NCBI RefSeq assembly: GCF_006345805.1
Contig: NW_021833268.1
Span: forward strand, 1-64,000
Direction of reading: 5' to 3'
DNA from: Octopus sinensis
Taxonomy: Eukaryota
Length of the DNA: 64,000 nt
In this document: positions 36,801-49,524 of the stretch, piece after piece
How positions within the stretch are numbered: the stretch's first letter is position 1
How the letters are laid out: each line of letters begins with the position of its first letter
The notes under the pieces: generated by a model
The model's database searches: none
Told to the model about the DNA's origin: nothing
Seen by the model: only the letters and a program-made list of their open reading frames with translations
Translations under genes and position numbers: made by a program

Positions 36801-39800
36801 TATTTACTGCAACTTGCTAAACCCTCAAGGCCCTCTTTCCTCATCATATGATCAAGAACTCTCACTTGTTTAGCCCTTATCTCATAAAACAGTTCCTTAT
36901 TTACTGCAACTTTCTAAACCCTCCAGGCCCTCTTTCCTCATCATATCATCAAGAACTCTCACTTGTTTAGCCCTTATCTCATAAAACAGTTCCTTATTTA
37001 CTACAACTTTCTAAACCCTCCAGGCCCTCCTTCCTCATCATATGATCAAGAACTCTCACTTGTTTAGCCCTTATCTCATAAAACAGTTCCTTATTTACTG
37101 CAACTTTCTAAACCCTCCAGGCCCTCTTTCCTCATCATATGATCAAGAACTCTCACTTGTTTAGCCCTTATCTCATAAAACAGTTCCTTATTTACTGCAA
37201 CTTTCTAAACCCTCCAGGCCCTCCTTCCTCATCATATGATCAAGAACACTCACTTGTTTAGCCCTTATCTCATAAAGCAGTTTCTTATTTACTGCAACTT
37301 GCTAAACCCTCAAGGCCCTCTTTCCTCATCATATGATCAAGAACTCTCACTTGTTTAGCCCTTATCTCATAAAACAGTTCCTTATTTACTGCAACTTTCT
37401 AAACCCTCCAGGCCCTCCTTCCTCATCATATGATCAAGAACTCTCACTTGTTTAGCCCTTATTTCATAAAGCAGTTTCTTATTTACTGCAACTTGCTAAA
37501 CCTCAAGGCCCTCTTCCTCATCATATCATCAAGAACTCTCACTTGTTTAGCCTTATCTCATAAAACAGTTCCTTATTTACTGCAACTTTCTAAACCCTCC
37601 AGGCCCTCTTTCCTCATCATATGATCAAGAACTGTCACTTGTTTAGCCCTTATCTCATAAAACAGTTCCTTATTTACTGCTACTTTGTAAACCCTCCAGG
37701 CCCTCTTTCCTCATCATATGATCAAGAACTCTCACTTGTTTAGCCCTTGTCTCATAAAATAGTTCCTTATTTACTGCAACTTTCTAAACCTCCAGGCCCT
37801 CTTTCCTCATCATATGATCAAGAACTCTCACTTGTTTAGCCCTTATCTCATAAAACAGTTCCTTATTTACTGCAACTTTCTAAACCCTCCAGGCCCTCCT
37901 TCCTCATCATATGATCAAGAACTCTCACTTGTTAGCCCTTATCTCATAAAACAGTTCCTTATTTCCTGCAACTTTCTAAACCCTCCAGGCCCTCCTTCCT
38001 CATCATATGATCAAGAACTCTCACTTGTTTAGCCCTTATCTCATAAAGCAGTTTCTTATTTACTGCAACTTGCTAAACCCTCAAGGCCCTCTTTCCTCAT
38101 CATATGATCAAGAACTCTCACTTGTTTAGCCCTTATCTCATAAAACAGTTCCTTATTTGCTGCAACTTTCTAAACCCTCCAGGCCCTCCTTCCTCATCAT
38201 ATGATCAAGAACTCTCACTTGTTTAGCCCTTATTTCATAAAGCAGTTTCTTATTTACTGCAACTTGCTAAACCCTCAAGGCCCTCTTTCCTCATCATATC
38301 ATCAAGAACTCTCACTTGTTTAGCCCTTATCTCATAAAACAGTTCCTTATTTACTGCAACTTTCTAAACCCTCCAGGCCCTCTTTCCTCATCATATGATC
38401 AAGAACTGTCACTTGTTTAGCCCTTATCTCATAAAACAGTTCCTTATTTACTGCTACTTGCTAAACCCTCAAGGCCCTCTTTCCTCATCATATCATCAAG
38501 AACTCTCACTTGTTTAGCCCTATCTCATAAAACAGTTCCTTATTTACTGCAACTTTCTAAACCCTCCAGGCCCTCTTTCCTCATCATATGATCAAGAACT
38601 GTCACTTGTTTAGCCCTTATCTCATAAAACAGTTCCTTATTTACTGCTACTTTGTAAACCTCCAGGCCCTCTTTCCTCATCATATGATCAAGAACTCTCA
38701 CTTGTTTAGCCCTTGTCTCATAAAATAGTTCCTTATTTACTGCAACTTTCTAAACCCTCCAGGCCCTCTTCCTCATCATATGATCAAGAACTCTCACTTG
38801 TTTAGCCCTTATCTCATAAAACAGTTCCTTATTTACTGCAACTTTCTAAACCCTCCAGGCCCTCCTTCCTCATCATATGATCAAGAACTCTCACTTGTTT
38901 AGCCCTTATCTCATAAAACAGTTCCTTATTTCCTGCAACTTTCTAAACCCTCCAGGCCCTCCTTCCTCATCATATGATCAAGAACTCTCACTTGTTTAGC
39001 CCTTATCTCATAAAGCAGTTTCTTATTTACTGCAACTTGCTAAACCCTCAAGGCCCTCTTTCCTCATCATATCATCAAGAACTCTCACTTGTTTAGCCCT
39101 TATCTCATAAAACAGTTCCTTATTTACTGCAACTTTCTAAACCCTCCAGGCCCTCTTTCCTCATCATATGATCAAGAACTCTCACTTGTTTAGCCCTTAT
39201 CTCATAAAACAGTTCCTTATTTACTGCAACTTTCTAAACCCTCCAGGCCCTCTTTCCTCATCATATGATCAAGAACTGTCACTTGTTTAGCCCTTATCTC
39301 ATAAAACAGTTCCTTATTTACTGCTACTTTCTAAACCCTCCAGGCCCTCTTTCCTCATCATATGATCAAGAACTCTCACTTGTTTAGCCCTTGTCTCATA
39401 AAATAGTTCCTTATTTACTGCAACTTTCTAAACCCTCCAGGCCCTCTTTCCTCATCATATGATCAAGAACTCTCACTTGTTTAGCCCTTATCTCATAAAA
39501 CAGTTCCTTATTTACTGCAACTTTCTAAACCCTCCAGGCCCTCCTTCCTCATCATATGATCAAGAACTCTCACTTGTTTAGCCCTTATCTCATAAAGCAG
39601 TTTCTTATTTACTGCAACTTGCTAAACCCTCAAGGCCCTGTTTCCTCATCATATCATCAAGAACTCTCACTTGTTTAGCCCTTATCTCATAAAACAGTTC
39701 CTTATTTACTGCAACTTTCTAAACCCCCCAGGCCCTCTTTCCTCATCATATGATCAAGAACTCTCACTTGTTTAGCCCTTATCTCATAAAACAGTTCCTT

Positions 39801-41849
39801 ATTTACTGCAACTTTCTAAACCCTCCAGGCCCTCTTTCCTCATCATATCATCAAGAACTCTCACTTGTTTAGCTCTTATCTCATACAACAGTTCCTTATT
39901 TACTGCAACTTTCTAAACCCTCCAGGCCCTCCTTCCTCATCATATGATCAAGAACTCTCACTTGTTTAGCCCTTATCTCATAAAGCAGTTTCTTATTTAC
40001 TGCAACTTGCTAAACCCTCAAGGCCCTCTTTCCTCATCATATGATCAAGAACTCTCACTTGTTTAGCCCTTATCTCATAAAACAGTTCCTTATTTACTGC
40101 AACTTTCTAAACCCTCCAGACCCTCTTTCCTCATCATATGATCAAGAACTCTCACTTGTTTAGCCCTTATCTCATAAAACAGTTCCTTATTTACTGCAAC
40201 TTTCTAAACCCTCCAGGCCCTCCTTCCTCATCATATGATCAAGAACTCTCACTTGTTTAGCCCTTATCTCATAAAACAGTTCCTTATTTACTGCAACTTT
40301 CTAAACCCTCCAGGCCCTCTTTCCTCATCATATGATCAAGAACTCTCACTTGTTTAGCCCTTATCTCATAAAACAGTTCCTTATTTACTGCAACTTTCTA
40401 AACCCTCCAGGCCCTCCTTCCTCATCATATGATCAAGAACTCTCACCTGTTTAGCCCTTATCTCATAAAACAGTTCCTTATTTACTGCAACTTTCTAAAC
40501 CCTCCAGGCCCTCCTTCCTCATCATATGATCAAGAACTCTCACTTGTTTAGCCCTTATCTCATAAAACAGTTCCTTATTTACTGCAACTTTCTAAACCCT
40601 CCAGGCCCTCCTTCATCATCATATGGTCAAGAACTCTCACTTGTTTGGCCCTTATCTCATAAAACAGTTCCTTATTTACTGCAACTTTCTAAACCCTCCA
40701 GGCCCTCCTTCCTCATCATATGATCAAGAACTCTCACTTGTTTAGCCCTTATCTCATAAAACAGTTCCTTATTTACTGCAACTTTCTAAACCCTCCAGGC
40801 CCTCCTTCCTCATCATATGATCAAGAACTCTCACTTGTTTAGCCCTTATCTCATAAAGCAGTTTCTTATTTACTGCAACTTGCTAAACCCTCAAGGCCCT
40901 CTTTCCTCATCATATCATCAAGAACTCTCACTTGTTTAGCCCTTATCTCATAAAGCAGTTTCTTATTTACTGCAACTTTCTAAACCCTCCAGGCCCTTTT
41001 TCCTCATCATTTCATCAAGAACTCTCACTTGTTTAGCCCTTATCTCATAAAGCAGTTTCTTATTTACTGCAACTTGCTAAACCCTCCAGGCCCTCTTTCC
41101 TCATCATATCATCAAGAACTCTCACTTGTTTAGCCCTTACCTCATAAAGCAGTTTCTTAGTTACTGCAACTTGCTAAACCCTCCAGGCCCTTCTTCCTCA
41201 TCATATCATCAAGAACTCTCACTTGTTTAGCCCTTATCTCATAAAGCAGTTTCTTATTTACTGCAACTTGCTAAACCCTCCAGGCTCTTTTTCCTCATCA
41301 TATCATCAAGAACTCTCACTTGTTTAGCCCTTATCTCATAAAGCAGTTTCTTATTTACTGCAACTTGCTAAACCCTCCAGGCCCTTTTTCCTCATCATAT
41401 CATCAAGAACTCTCACTTGTTTAGCCCTTATCTCATAAAGCAGTTCCTTATTTACTGCAACTTTCTAAACCCTCCAGGCCCCCTTTCCTCATCATATGAT
41501 CAAGAACTCTCAGTTGCTTTGCCCTTATCTCATAAAACAGTTCCTTAATTACTGCAACTTGCTAAACCCTCCAGGCTCTCTTTCCTCATCATATGATCAA
41601 GAACTCTCACTTGTTTAGCCCTTATCTCATAAAAAAGTTCCTTATTTACTGCAACTTTCTAAACCCTCCAGGCCCTCTTTCCTCATCATATCATCAAGAA
41701 CTCTCACTTGTTAGCCCTTATCTCATAAAAAAGTTCCTTATTTACTCCAACTTGCTAAACCCTCAAGGCCCTCTTTCCTCATCATATGACCAAGAACTCT
41801 CACTTGTTTAGCCCTTATCTCATAAAGCAGTTTCTTATTTACTGCAACT
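33816..41849. repeat. Tandem array, 97-bp unit, about 83 copies, derived from RTE ORF2
   Basis: Unit AAACCCTCCAGGCCCTCTTTCCTCATCATATGATCAAGAACTCTCACTTGTTTAGCCCTTATCTCATAAAACAGTTCCTTATTTACTGCAACTTTCT; starts at 33821, 33918 and 34015 give a period of 97. Confidence 0.98.
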
Positions 41850-42045
41850 CTAGTCATCACTTCTTCATTAGATACTTTGTCTGTCCATGCTATCCTCAAT
41901 ATTCTCCTTAAGAACACTATTTCACAGCTGTCCAAGCATCTCATTTCTGATGTTATAGACCATGCCTCACTTCCATACACAGCAGTTCAATATATGGATC
42001 CTGGTTTTGATGCTCAGAGTACGGTTTCTGAAGATGTTATATATA

Positions 42046-42493
42046 TACTGGCGAAAATAAATTTAAGACCGATGATAAAAGTTCTATTTCTTCAAAAATA
42101 TTTTGTTACTAACACCATCTAAATTATTTTTATCTTTTACACCTTATGCAGAATTTATTTCTCTTTTGAATGATGCAGACAATAACTATATTTATACAAC
42201 TTGAAGAATTCTTATGCCAAATTAATATAAACGTTTCAAATTTACCGGCACTTTTCCTTCTTTAAGTTTCCAGATCAGGTCATTGAGTGATGTATAAATT
42301 TGAAATGTTTATATTAATTTAGCATTAGAATTCTTCAAGTTGTATAAAAATAGTTATTGTCTGCATCATTCAAAAGAAAAATAAATACTGCATAATGCGT
42401 AAAAGATAAAAATAATTTGTATGGTGTCAGTAACAAAATATTTTTGAAGAAATATAACTTTTATCATCAGTCTTAAATTTATTTTCACCAGTG
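42046..42493. mobile_element. Tc1/mariner-type MITE with about 200-bp TIRs and a 50-bp core
   Basis: Arms 42044-42244 and 42295-42495 are reverse complements at about 90%; TA|(C/T)ACTGG termini. Confidence 0.8.
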
Positions 42494-43431
42494 TAGTAAT
42501 TGAAGAGAGCTGGTGACATAACACATCCTTGTCTATCCCTTCTCCTGATTCTAATGCATTCACCACATTTTCCATCCACCCTTATGCATACTGATTGGTT
42601 CCAATACAGGTATTCTTTTAAAGTGCCATTCTCAGGCTACCATGTAAGATTGATAAACAACATTTTTTTATGTAAAATTCTTACAATTGTTTCGACACAT
42701 TTTTGCACCTGTTGTACATTGGTGAGATGTTGTATAATCATTATCATCCATCGAAAGGGATTGTTTAAATAAACTTTTCAGTAGATCCTCTCAGAATTTC
42801 ATTCAGTGTGATAATGCATACCCAAAGTGATGTATCATTTTCAGCAATTTACAGACAAAACTAAATCCAAACATGTAGTGACAGAAAAATGCTATTATAG
42901 TCAAAATACATATTACAGAAATAAAGAAATCAACAAAAAAGAGGATACGATTGACTATAAATAATAATTCTATCTTTGTGGTCAGATTATAAGAATAAAA
43001 GTGAAAAACAGAATGAAGAATTGGAACTACATTACATCATTTAAAAACATTAACAAGTGTACAATTCAACATCACATGGGCAATAATAAAAGTGTGTATC
43101 TATACAATACATTTTCAGATCCTGCAATCTATGTTCCAAAGAAGTACTATGTATTTTAATGTGTACAGATTTGTGAATAGGTACTCTAGAAGAGTTATTA
43201 AAGACAACCGTAGGCTAAAATGCTCATTTTGTGCAGTTTTGTAAAAACAATTAATGTTTGATGCTCTATTGATACAATCAATTTATTTTACAAAATTGTG
43301 GCCATAAACACAATAGCCATTCCTGTAATCACATACAGCTTCAATATTATAAGCTCATTCTTCTCTGAGATGAACAAAGTTGATACATAATTTACATTTG
43401 ACGGATATTTGTCCTCATCTTATTTGTTGTT

Positions 43432-43477
43432 AACACAACATTTCGGCTGATATACCCTCCAGCCTTCTTCAGGTGTC
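43432..43477 (-). ncRNA. Minimal type I hammerhead ribozyme (stem III C>U variant)
   Basis: GACAC CUGAAGA A GGCUGG AGGGUAUA UCAGCC GAAA UGUU GUGUU. Confidence 0.7.
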
Positions 43478-43537
43478 TTGGGGAAATTTCGAACCTGGGT
43501 TCTCATTCCTAAGGTATTTTTCGATGTTATTATTATT

Positions 43538-45506
43538 ACCCAATGGCTGGCGTAGCAGCACCATAGTCAACTGCTACAAGGGTAAGGGTGATGCTCTAGA
43601 TAGAAATAACTACAGGGGTATTAAACTGTTGGATCAGGTGATGAAGGTCACAGAGAGGGTCATAACCCATCTCATTAGGGAGAGAATTTGCTTAGATGAG
43701 ATGCAGTTCGGTTTTGTGCCGGGTAGAAGCACCACTGATGCTATATTCCTGGTCCGACAACTGCAGGAGAAGTACCTAGCTAAAGATAAACCCCTCTATA
43801 TAGCTTTTGTGGACTTGGAGAAAGCCTTTGACAGGGTTCCCCCATCCCTTATCTGGTGGTCGATGTGGAAACTGGAGATTGATGAATAGCTAATAAGGGC
43901 TGTACAGGCCCTATACAGAGAGGCTGTCAGCAAGGTTAGGATTGGCAACGAATATAGTGAAGAATTCCAGGTAGAAGTAGGTGTACACCAAGGCTCAGCC
44001 CTCAGTCGCCTCTTATTCATCATAGTCCTCCAGGCAATAACAGAGGAATTCAAAACAGGATGCCCCTGGGAGCTCCTCTTTGCTGATGACCTGGCTCTCA
44101 TAGCAGAATCACTACCGGAACTAGAAAAGAAATTTCGGGTGTGGAAGCAAGGGTTAGAATCAAAGGGCCTTAGAGTAAATGTAGCGAAGACCAAAGTTAT
44201 AGTAAGCAGAAAGGCGAACTCAGCACACACACCCCCGGGAGGTGGCCCTGCTCGATCTGTAGGAAAGGTGTAGGTAGAAACTCCATAAGATGCACCCAAT
44301 GTAAGCTATGGATGCATAAGAGGTGCAGCAACATTAAAGGGAAATTAACTGATAAGATAGCTTTCATGTGCGGCAGATGCACAGGGACAATAGACACAAC
44401 AGACACTCAGAAAACAGATTCCATCACACTCCAGGGGGAGAAACTAGAAGTACTTGATAGTTTCCGCTACCTGGGTGACCAAGTTAGTAGTGGAGGTGGA
44501 TGCTCAGAGAGTATCACCACTAGAATACGAATAGCCTGGGCAAAGTTCAGAAAGCTCCAACCCCTACTGGCGACAAAGGGTCTCTCGCTCAGAGTGAAAG
44601 GTAGATTGTATGATGCATGTGTGCGAACTGCCATGCTTCACAGTAGTGAAACATGGGCTGTGACTGCAGAGGACATGCGTAGACTTGAAAGAAATGAAGC
44701 TAGCATGATCCGCTGGATGTGTAATGTCAGTGTGCGTGCACGACAGAGTGTAAGCACCCTGAGAGAAATGCTGGACATAAGAAGCATCAGATGTGGTGTG
44801 CAAGAGCGATGCTTACGATGGTATGGTCACATACTGCGGATGGATGAGGAGAGATGTGTGAAGAAGTGCCACTCCAAAACAGTTGAAGGTAGACCCAGGA
44901 AGACATGAGATGAGGTAGTCAAGCATGACCTCAGAGCATTGGGCCTCACTGAGGCAATGGCGAAGGACCGAGATCTCTGGAGATATGCTGTGACTGCAAA
45001 GACCCAGGCTGCTTCCTGCACCAGTTCCGCATAGCCCCTGACCATTCAAAGTACCCTGGATCCCAGAACATCCCGCTGTGCTTGGAGACCTGTTGAGTCA
45101 AGTACATGAACATGAACATGAACATCGAAATAAATATCAATGGAAACAGTAGTTGTGATACCTGTGCCGGTGGCACATAAAAGCACCATCTGAATGTGGC
45201 CGATGCCAGCGCTGCCCCGACTGGCTCCTGTGCCGGTGGCACATAAAAAGCACCATCCGAACGTGGCCGTTGCCAGCGCCGCCTTGGCTGGCTTCCGTGC
45301 CGGTGGCACATTAAAAGCTCCAACCGATCGTGTTCGATGCCGGACCCCCCTGGCACTTGTGCAGGTGGCACGTAAAAAGCACCACTCGCGGAGTGGTTGG
45401 CATTAGGAAGGGCATCCAGCTGTAGAAACTGGCTTCCCAGACCCCGGTCGAACTGTCCAACCCGTGCTAGCACGGAAAACGGACGTTAAACGATGATGAT
45501 GATGAT
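43538..45506 (+). mobile_element. 5'-truncated RTE LINE (RT, PHD-like insert, 3' UTR modules, (GAT)n tail)
   Basis: NYRGIKLLDQ, QFGFVPG, AFVDLEKAFD, FADDL, CTQCKLWMHKRC, FRYLG, LH.SETW. Confidence 0.95.
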
Positions 45507-45676
45507 TATTCAGGTCACTGCTTGGAATTGAACTTGGAATCTTGGGGTTAGTAGCCCGTGCTCTCAACCACTATGCCATATGCCTTTGGGCAATTATGGA
45601 GTGAATTTTAGGGCTTATAAATCTAATATTTTCTATCCTTCCTTAATACCGGTTCCCATATGCTGTTCATATCTGC

Positions 45677-45730
45677 ACAAACAAGATGAGGACAAATATC
45701 CGTCAAATGTAAATAATGTAAATAATGTAC
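45677..45730 (+). mobile_element. Plus-oriented tail of the hammerhead SINE
   Basis: ACAAACAAGATGAGGACAAATATCCGTCAAATGTAAATAATGTAAATAATGTAC. Confidence 0.8.
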
Positions 45731-45829
45731 ATAATTCCTCATCTCTTAAATATAGAACTGAACAAAATTGATGTCAAAATATGAAAACTGGTGACAATAC
45801 AGTGTATGCATCACCCAAAAGCAGACACG

Positions 45830-46640
45830 GAACGAACATAGCTCCAGATTAAATAAGACGGTTAGGGGTTCATACAGTATCAACTCTCACAGAAAATTAC
45901 AACCATGGGACTTTCTGCTTCCTTACAACAAGCAAACAAGATGTTAAAAGCTGATTCTGAAACATGAAGAAACCAAGCAGTTACACTATGTGAAAAAAAG
46001 CACAAAAATATGCTTCCAAAAAATGCAACTCGATGGACCAGAACTTGAAGAAAATGCATCCCTAACAGACAAGGAAAAACAAATAACAATCATATATATT
46101 TCTTTACTACCCACAAGGGGCTAAACATAGAGGGGACAAACAGAGACAGACAAAGGGATTAAGTCGATTACATCGACCCAGTGCGAAACTGGTACTTTAT
46201 TTATTGACCCCGAGAGGATGAAAGGCAAAGTCGACCTCAGCGGAATTTGAACTCAGAACGTAGCGACAGACGAAATATCGCTAAGCATTTCGCCCGGCGA
46301 GCTAACGTTTCTGCCAGCTCACCAGCCAAACAAACAAGCCTCTGTTGTATTAAGGAGAAATAGGGGTCAAAACCAGGGGCTATCATACCGGTGGCTATCA
46401 TACTTTGGTCTAAAACCAGAAACTGAGTGGTATGGTATTGCTGCTTAGGATCAATCTATCCCAGTTTGGAATCACCTAAGTAATGTCTTGAAATATGAAA
46501 ACAGCTCATCATGGTGCATATGCAGAGATCACCCAGAGACAATCGACTTCCTAGTCTTTGGATGCAACAGACTGGCACCAACAGAATACTTGCAAAGGCA
46601 TGACAGAACAGCTCAGTGCATTCACTGGCCAATATGTTGC
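45830..46640 (+). mobile_element. RLE-type (R4/Hero-like) LINE remnant, interrupted by a family B SINE (46090-46325, minus)
   Basis: GLKPETE...AA*DQ...CICRDHPETI..LV.GC..LAPTEYLQRHD..A..IHW.IC: the post-RT zinc-knuckle region of RLE elements. Confidence 0.8.
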
Positions 46641-46719
46641 ACATGCAACAGCGTAGGAGTGGCTGTGTAGTAAGTAGCTTGCTTTCCAACCACATGGTTC
46701 CTGGGTTCAGTCCCACTGT

Positions 46720-47005
46720 GTGGCACCTTGCTTCCACACCAGAAATTTCTTTTCTAGTTCCGGTAGTGATTCTGCTATGAGAGCCAGGTCATCAGCAAAG
46801 AGGAGCTCCCAGGGGCATCCTGTTTTGAATTCCTCTGTTATTGCCTGGAGGACTATGATGAATAAGAGGGGACTGAGGGCTGAGCCTTGGTGTACACCTA
46901 CTTCTACCCGGAATTCTTCACTATATTCGTTGCCAATCCTAACCTTGCTGACAGCCTCTCTGTATAGAGCCTGTACAGCTCTTATTAGCCATTCGTCAAT
47001 CTCCA
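46720..47005 (-). mobile_element. RTE RT fragment inside a family A SINE
   Basis: Near-identical to the reverse complement of about 43870-44150. Confidence 0.88.
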
Positions 47006-47087
47006 GTATTCTACTATAACCTCAGGCTGACCAAAGACTTGTGAGTGGATTTGGTAGATGGAAATGAAAGGAAGCTCATCATCATCA

Positions 47088-47590
47088 TCATTATCATCAT
47101 CGTTTAACGTCCGTTTTCCATGCTGGCATGGGTTGGACGATTTGACTGAGGACTGGCAAACCAGATGGCTACACCAGGCTCCAGTCTTGATCTGCCAGTG
47201 TTTCTACAGCTGGATGCCCTTCCTAATGCCAACCATTCTGAGAGTGTAGTGGGTGCTTTTACATGCCAACGGCACGGGGCCAGTCGGGCGGTACTGACAA
47301 TGGCCTTGCTCGAATCTTTTACACATGCCACCGGCACAGGTGCCAGTAAGGTGATGCCGGTAACGATCACACTCGAATGGTGCCTTTTACGTGCCACTGG
47401 CACAGAGGCCAGATAGCCGCTCTGGCAACAATCACACTCGGATGGTGCTCTTAACACCCTACTAGCACGGGGCTCGAGTGCCAGTAAGGTGACCCTGGTA
47501 ACGATCACGCTCGAATGCTGCCTTTTAAGTGCCACTGGCACGGAAGCTGGTTAGCTGCTCTGTCAACAATCACACTTGTATGGTACTCTT
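47088..47590 (-). mobile_element. RTE 3' UTR with expanded, diverged modules
   Basis: (ATC)n tail and TGGATGCCCTTCCTAATGCCAACC core. Confidence 0.85.
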
Positions 47591-47605
47591 TGCACCCCGC
47601 TCATC

Positions 47606-47650
<45 letters not shown>

Positions 47651-48134
47651 ATATTATATATATATGTATGTATGTATGTATGTATATGTGTGTGTGTGTA
47701 TATGTTTGTCCCCCCAAGATCGCTTGACAACCGATGCTGGTGTGTTTACATCCCCGTAACTTAGTGGTTCAGCAAAAGAGACCGATAGAATAAGTACCAG
47801 GCTTACAAAGAATAAGCCCTGGGGTCAATTTGCCCGACTAAAGGTGGTGCTCCAGCATGGCCACAATCAAATGACTGAAACAAGTAAAAGAGATACAACC
47901 TCCCTCGCAAAAGCAGTTGGTGGGAACAGAAGCCATCACACATTGCCCAAAATGTCAAGGTTACCATCCTTTGGAATTTCAATGCTCAGACTGATGGGGG
48001 AAATATAAGCAAACCAATCTAATTTCATTGTGAAAAATCATATTGAAAAACCTTGTCTTCTGACTGACGTTGCAACCCCAGCAGAAAATAAAATACAGCT
48101 CTGAAAATGTTTGAAAAACTGAGCAAGTATAAGT

Positions 48135-48545
48135 ATCTCTTTTACTCTTTTACTCTTTTACTTGTTTCAGTCATTTGACTGCGGCCATGCTGGAGCACCG
48201 CCTTTAGTCAACCAAATTGACCCCAGGACTTATTCTTTGTAAGCCCAGTACTTATTCTATCGGTCTCTTTTTGCCGAACCACTAAGTGACACGGACGTAA
48301 ACACACCAGCATCGGTTGTCAAGCAATGCTAGGGGGACAAACACAGACACACAAACATATACACACACATACATATACATATATATATACATATATACGA
48401 CAGGCTTCTTTCAGTTTCCATCTACCAAATCCACTCACAAGGCATTGGTCGGCCCGGGGCTATAGCAGAAGACACTTGCCCAAGATGCCACGCAGTAGGA
48501 CTGAACCCGGAACCATGTGGTTGGTTAGCAAGCTACTTACCACAT
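48135..48545 (-). mobile_element. Family A SINE
   Basis: Consensus match. Confidence 0.9.
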
Positions 48546-48761
48546 ATTTCAATCTCTTCTCGTCCTTTTATCGAAATAGCTCTTATTGAAACATCTCCAG
48601 GGAAGAAAGCAAAAAAAAAATACTGTGAAAGTAAAAGGATCTTGAAATGGAAATAATCATGGTTTGCTATAAAATAATAGCATAAAAAAATAATGTGAAT
48701 ATATAAAATAATATATAATATAATATTATAATTATAAAATAATGCTATAAGATAATGTAAA

Positions 48762-49098
48762 GGCACATGGCTCAGTGGTTAGAGCATCGAGCTTACAATT
48801 GTGAGGTTGTGAGTTCGAATCCCGGACCAGGCTGCATGTTGTGTTCTTGAGCAAGACACTTTATTTCACGTTGCTCCAGTTAACTCAGCTGTAGAAATGA
48901 GTTGCGACGTCATGGGTGCCAAGCTGTATCGGCCCCTTTGCCTTTCCCTTGGATACCATCGGTGGCATGGAGAGGGGAGGTTGGTATGTATGGGTGACTG
49001 CTGGTCTTCCATAAACAACCTTGCCCGGACTTATGCCTGGGAGGGTAACTTTCTGTGTGAAATTCCATGGTCAGTGTCGTGAGCAAAGGGGGTCTCAG
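48762..49098 (+). mobile_element. tRNA-headed SINE, family D
   Basis: TGGCTCAGTGG / GTTCGAATCC boxes; second copy at 49525-49860. Confidence 0.85.
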
Positions 49099-49524
49099 AA
49101 TAGCAATCTTTATACTAGCCAAGGATTTCATTTTTTATGAGCACATACATGGCCATATGGTAAAGAATTTGTTTCCTAACCACATGGTTCGGGATTCAGT
49201 CCTACTGGCTGAATGTTTTCTATTATGGCCTCAGACTTTGTGAGTGGATTTGGTAGATGGAAACTGAAAGGAAAGAAGCCCAGCATTTACGTGTGTGTGT
49301 GTCATTGTGTCTGTGTTTGTCCCCCACTGCCACTTAGCAGCTCAGCAAAAGAGATTGATGGAATGAGTACCAAGCTTAGGAAAAGGAGTCCTGAGGTTGA
49401 TTCATTCAGCTAAAATTCTACAAAGCAGTGCCCCAGCATGGCCATAGTCTAACGACTGAAACAGGAATCCAAAAGAAAATTGCAACACTAGGTGTTATTG
49501 TGAAGGTATGAGGTATGGTGTGAA

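Larger units (their letters stand above)
33612..42640 (-). mobile_element. RTE LINE remnant hosting the 97-bp array and a long-TIR MITE
   Basis: YWNQ..RQGCVMSPALFNYY at 42500-42620; MYGSEAW..RRILRIAWTDKVSNEEV at 41850-41980; GKIEGKRSR..RKLW and the 3' tail at 33612-33815. Confidence 0.88.
43385..45584 (-). mobile_element. tRNA-headed hammerhead SINE, split by an RTE insertion in its (AAT)n linker
   Basis: Head at 45511-45584 (A box TGGCATAGTGG, B box GTTCAATTCC); linker, hammerhead and tail at 43385-43537. Confidence 0.85.

Noticed and set aside
33816-41849. 97-bp array as a CRISPR array or repeat-protein gene
   Set aside because: No unique spacers and no cas genes; eukaryotic context; unit length is not a multiple of 3 and frames contain stops.
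43119-43180. Possible exon ILQSMFQRSTMYFNVYRFVNR
   Set aside because: Good splice sites, but AT-rich, no recognisable motif, and no phase-linked neighbour.
45511-45584. Functional tRNA gene (also other SINE heads)
   Set aside because: Acceptor stem does not close and the sequence continues into SINE body; these are tRNA-derived heads.
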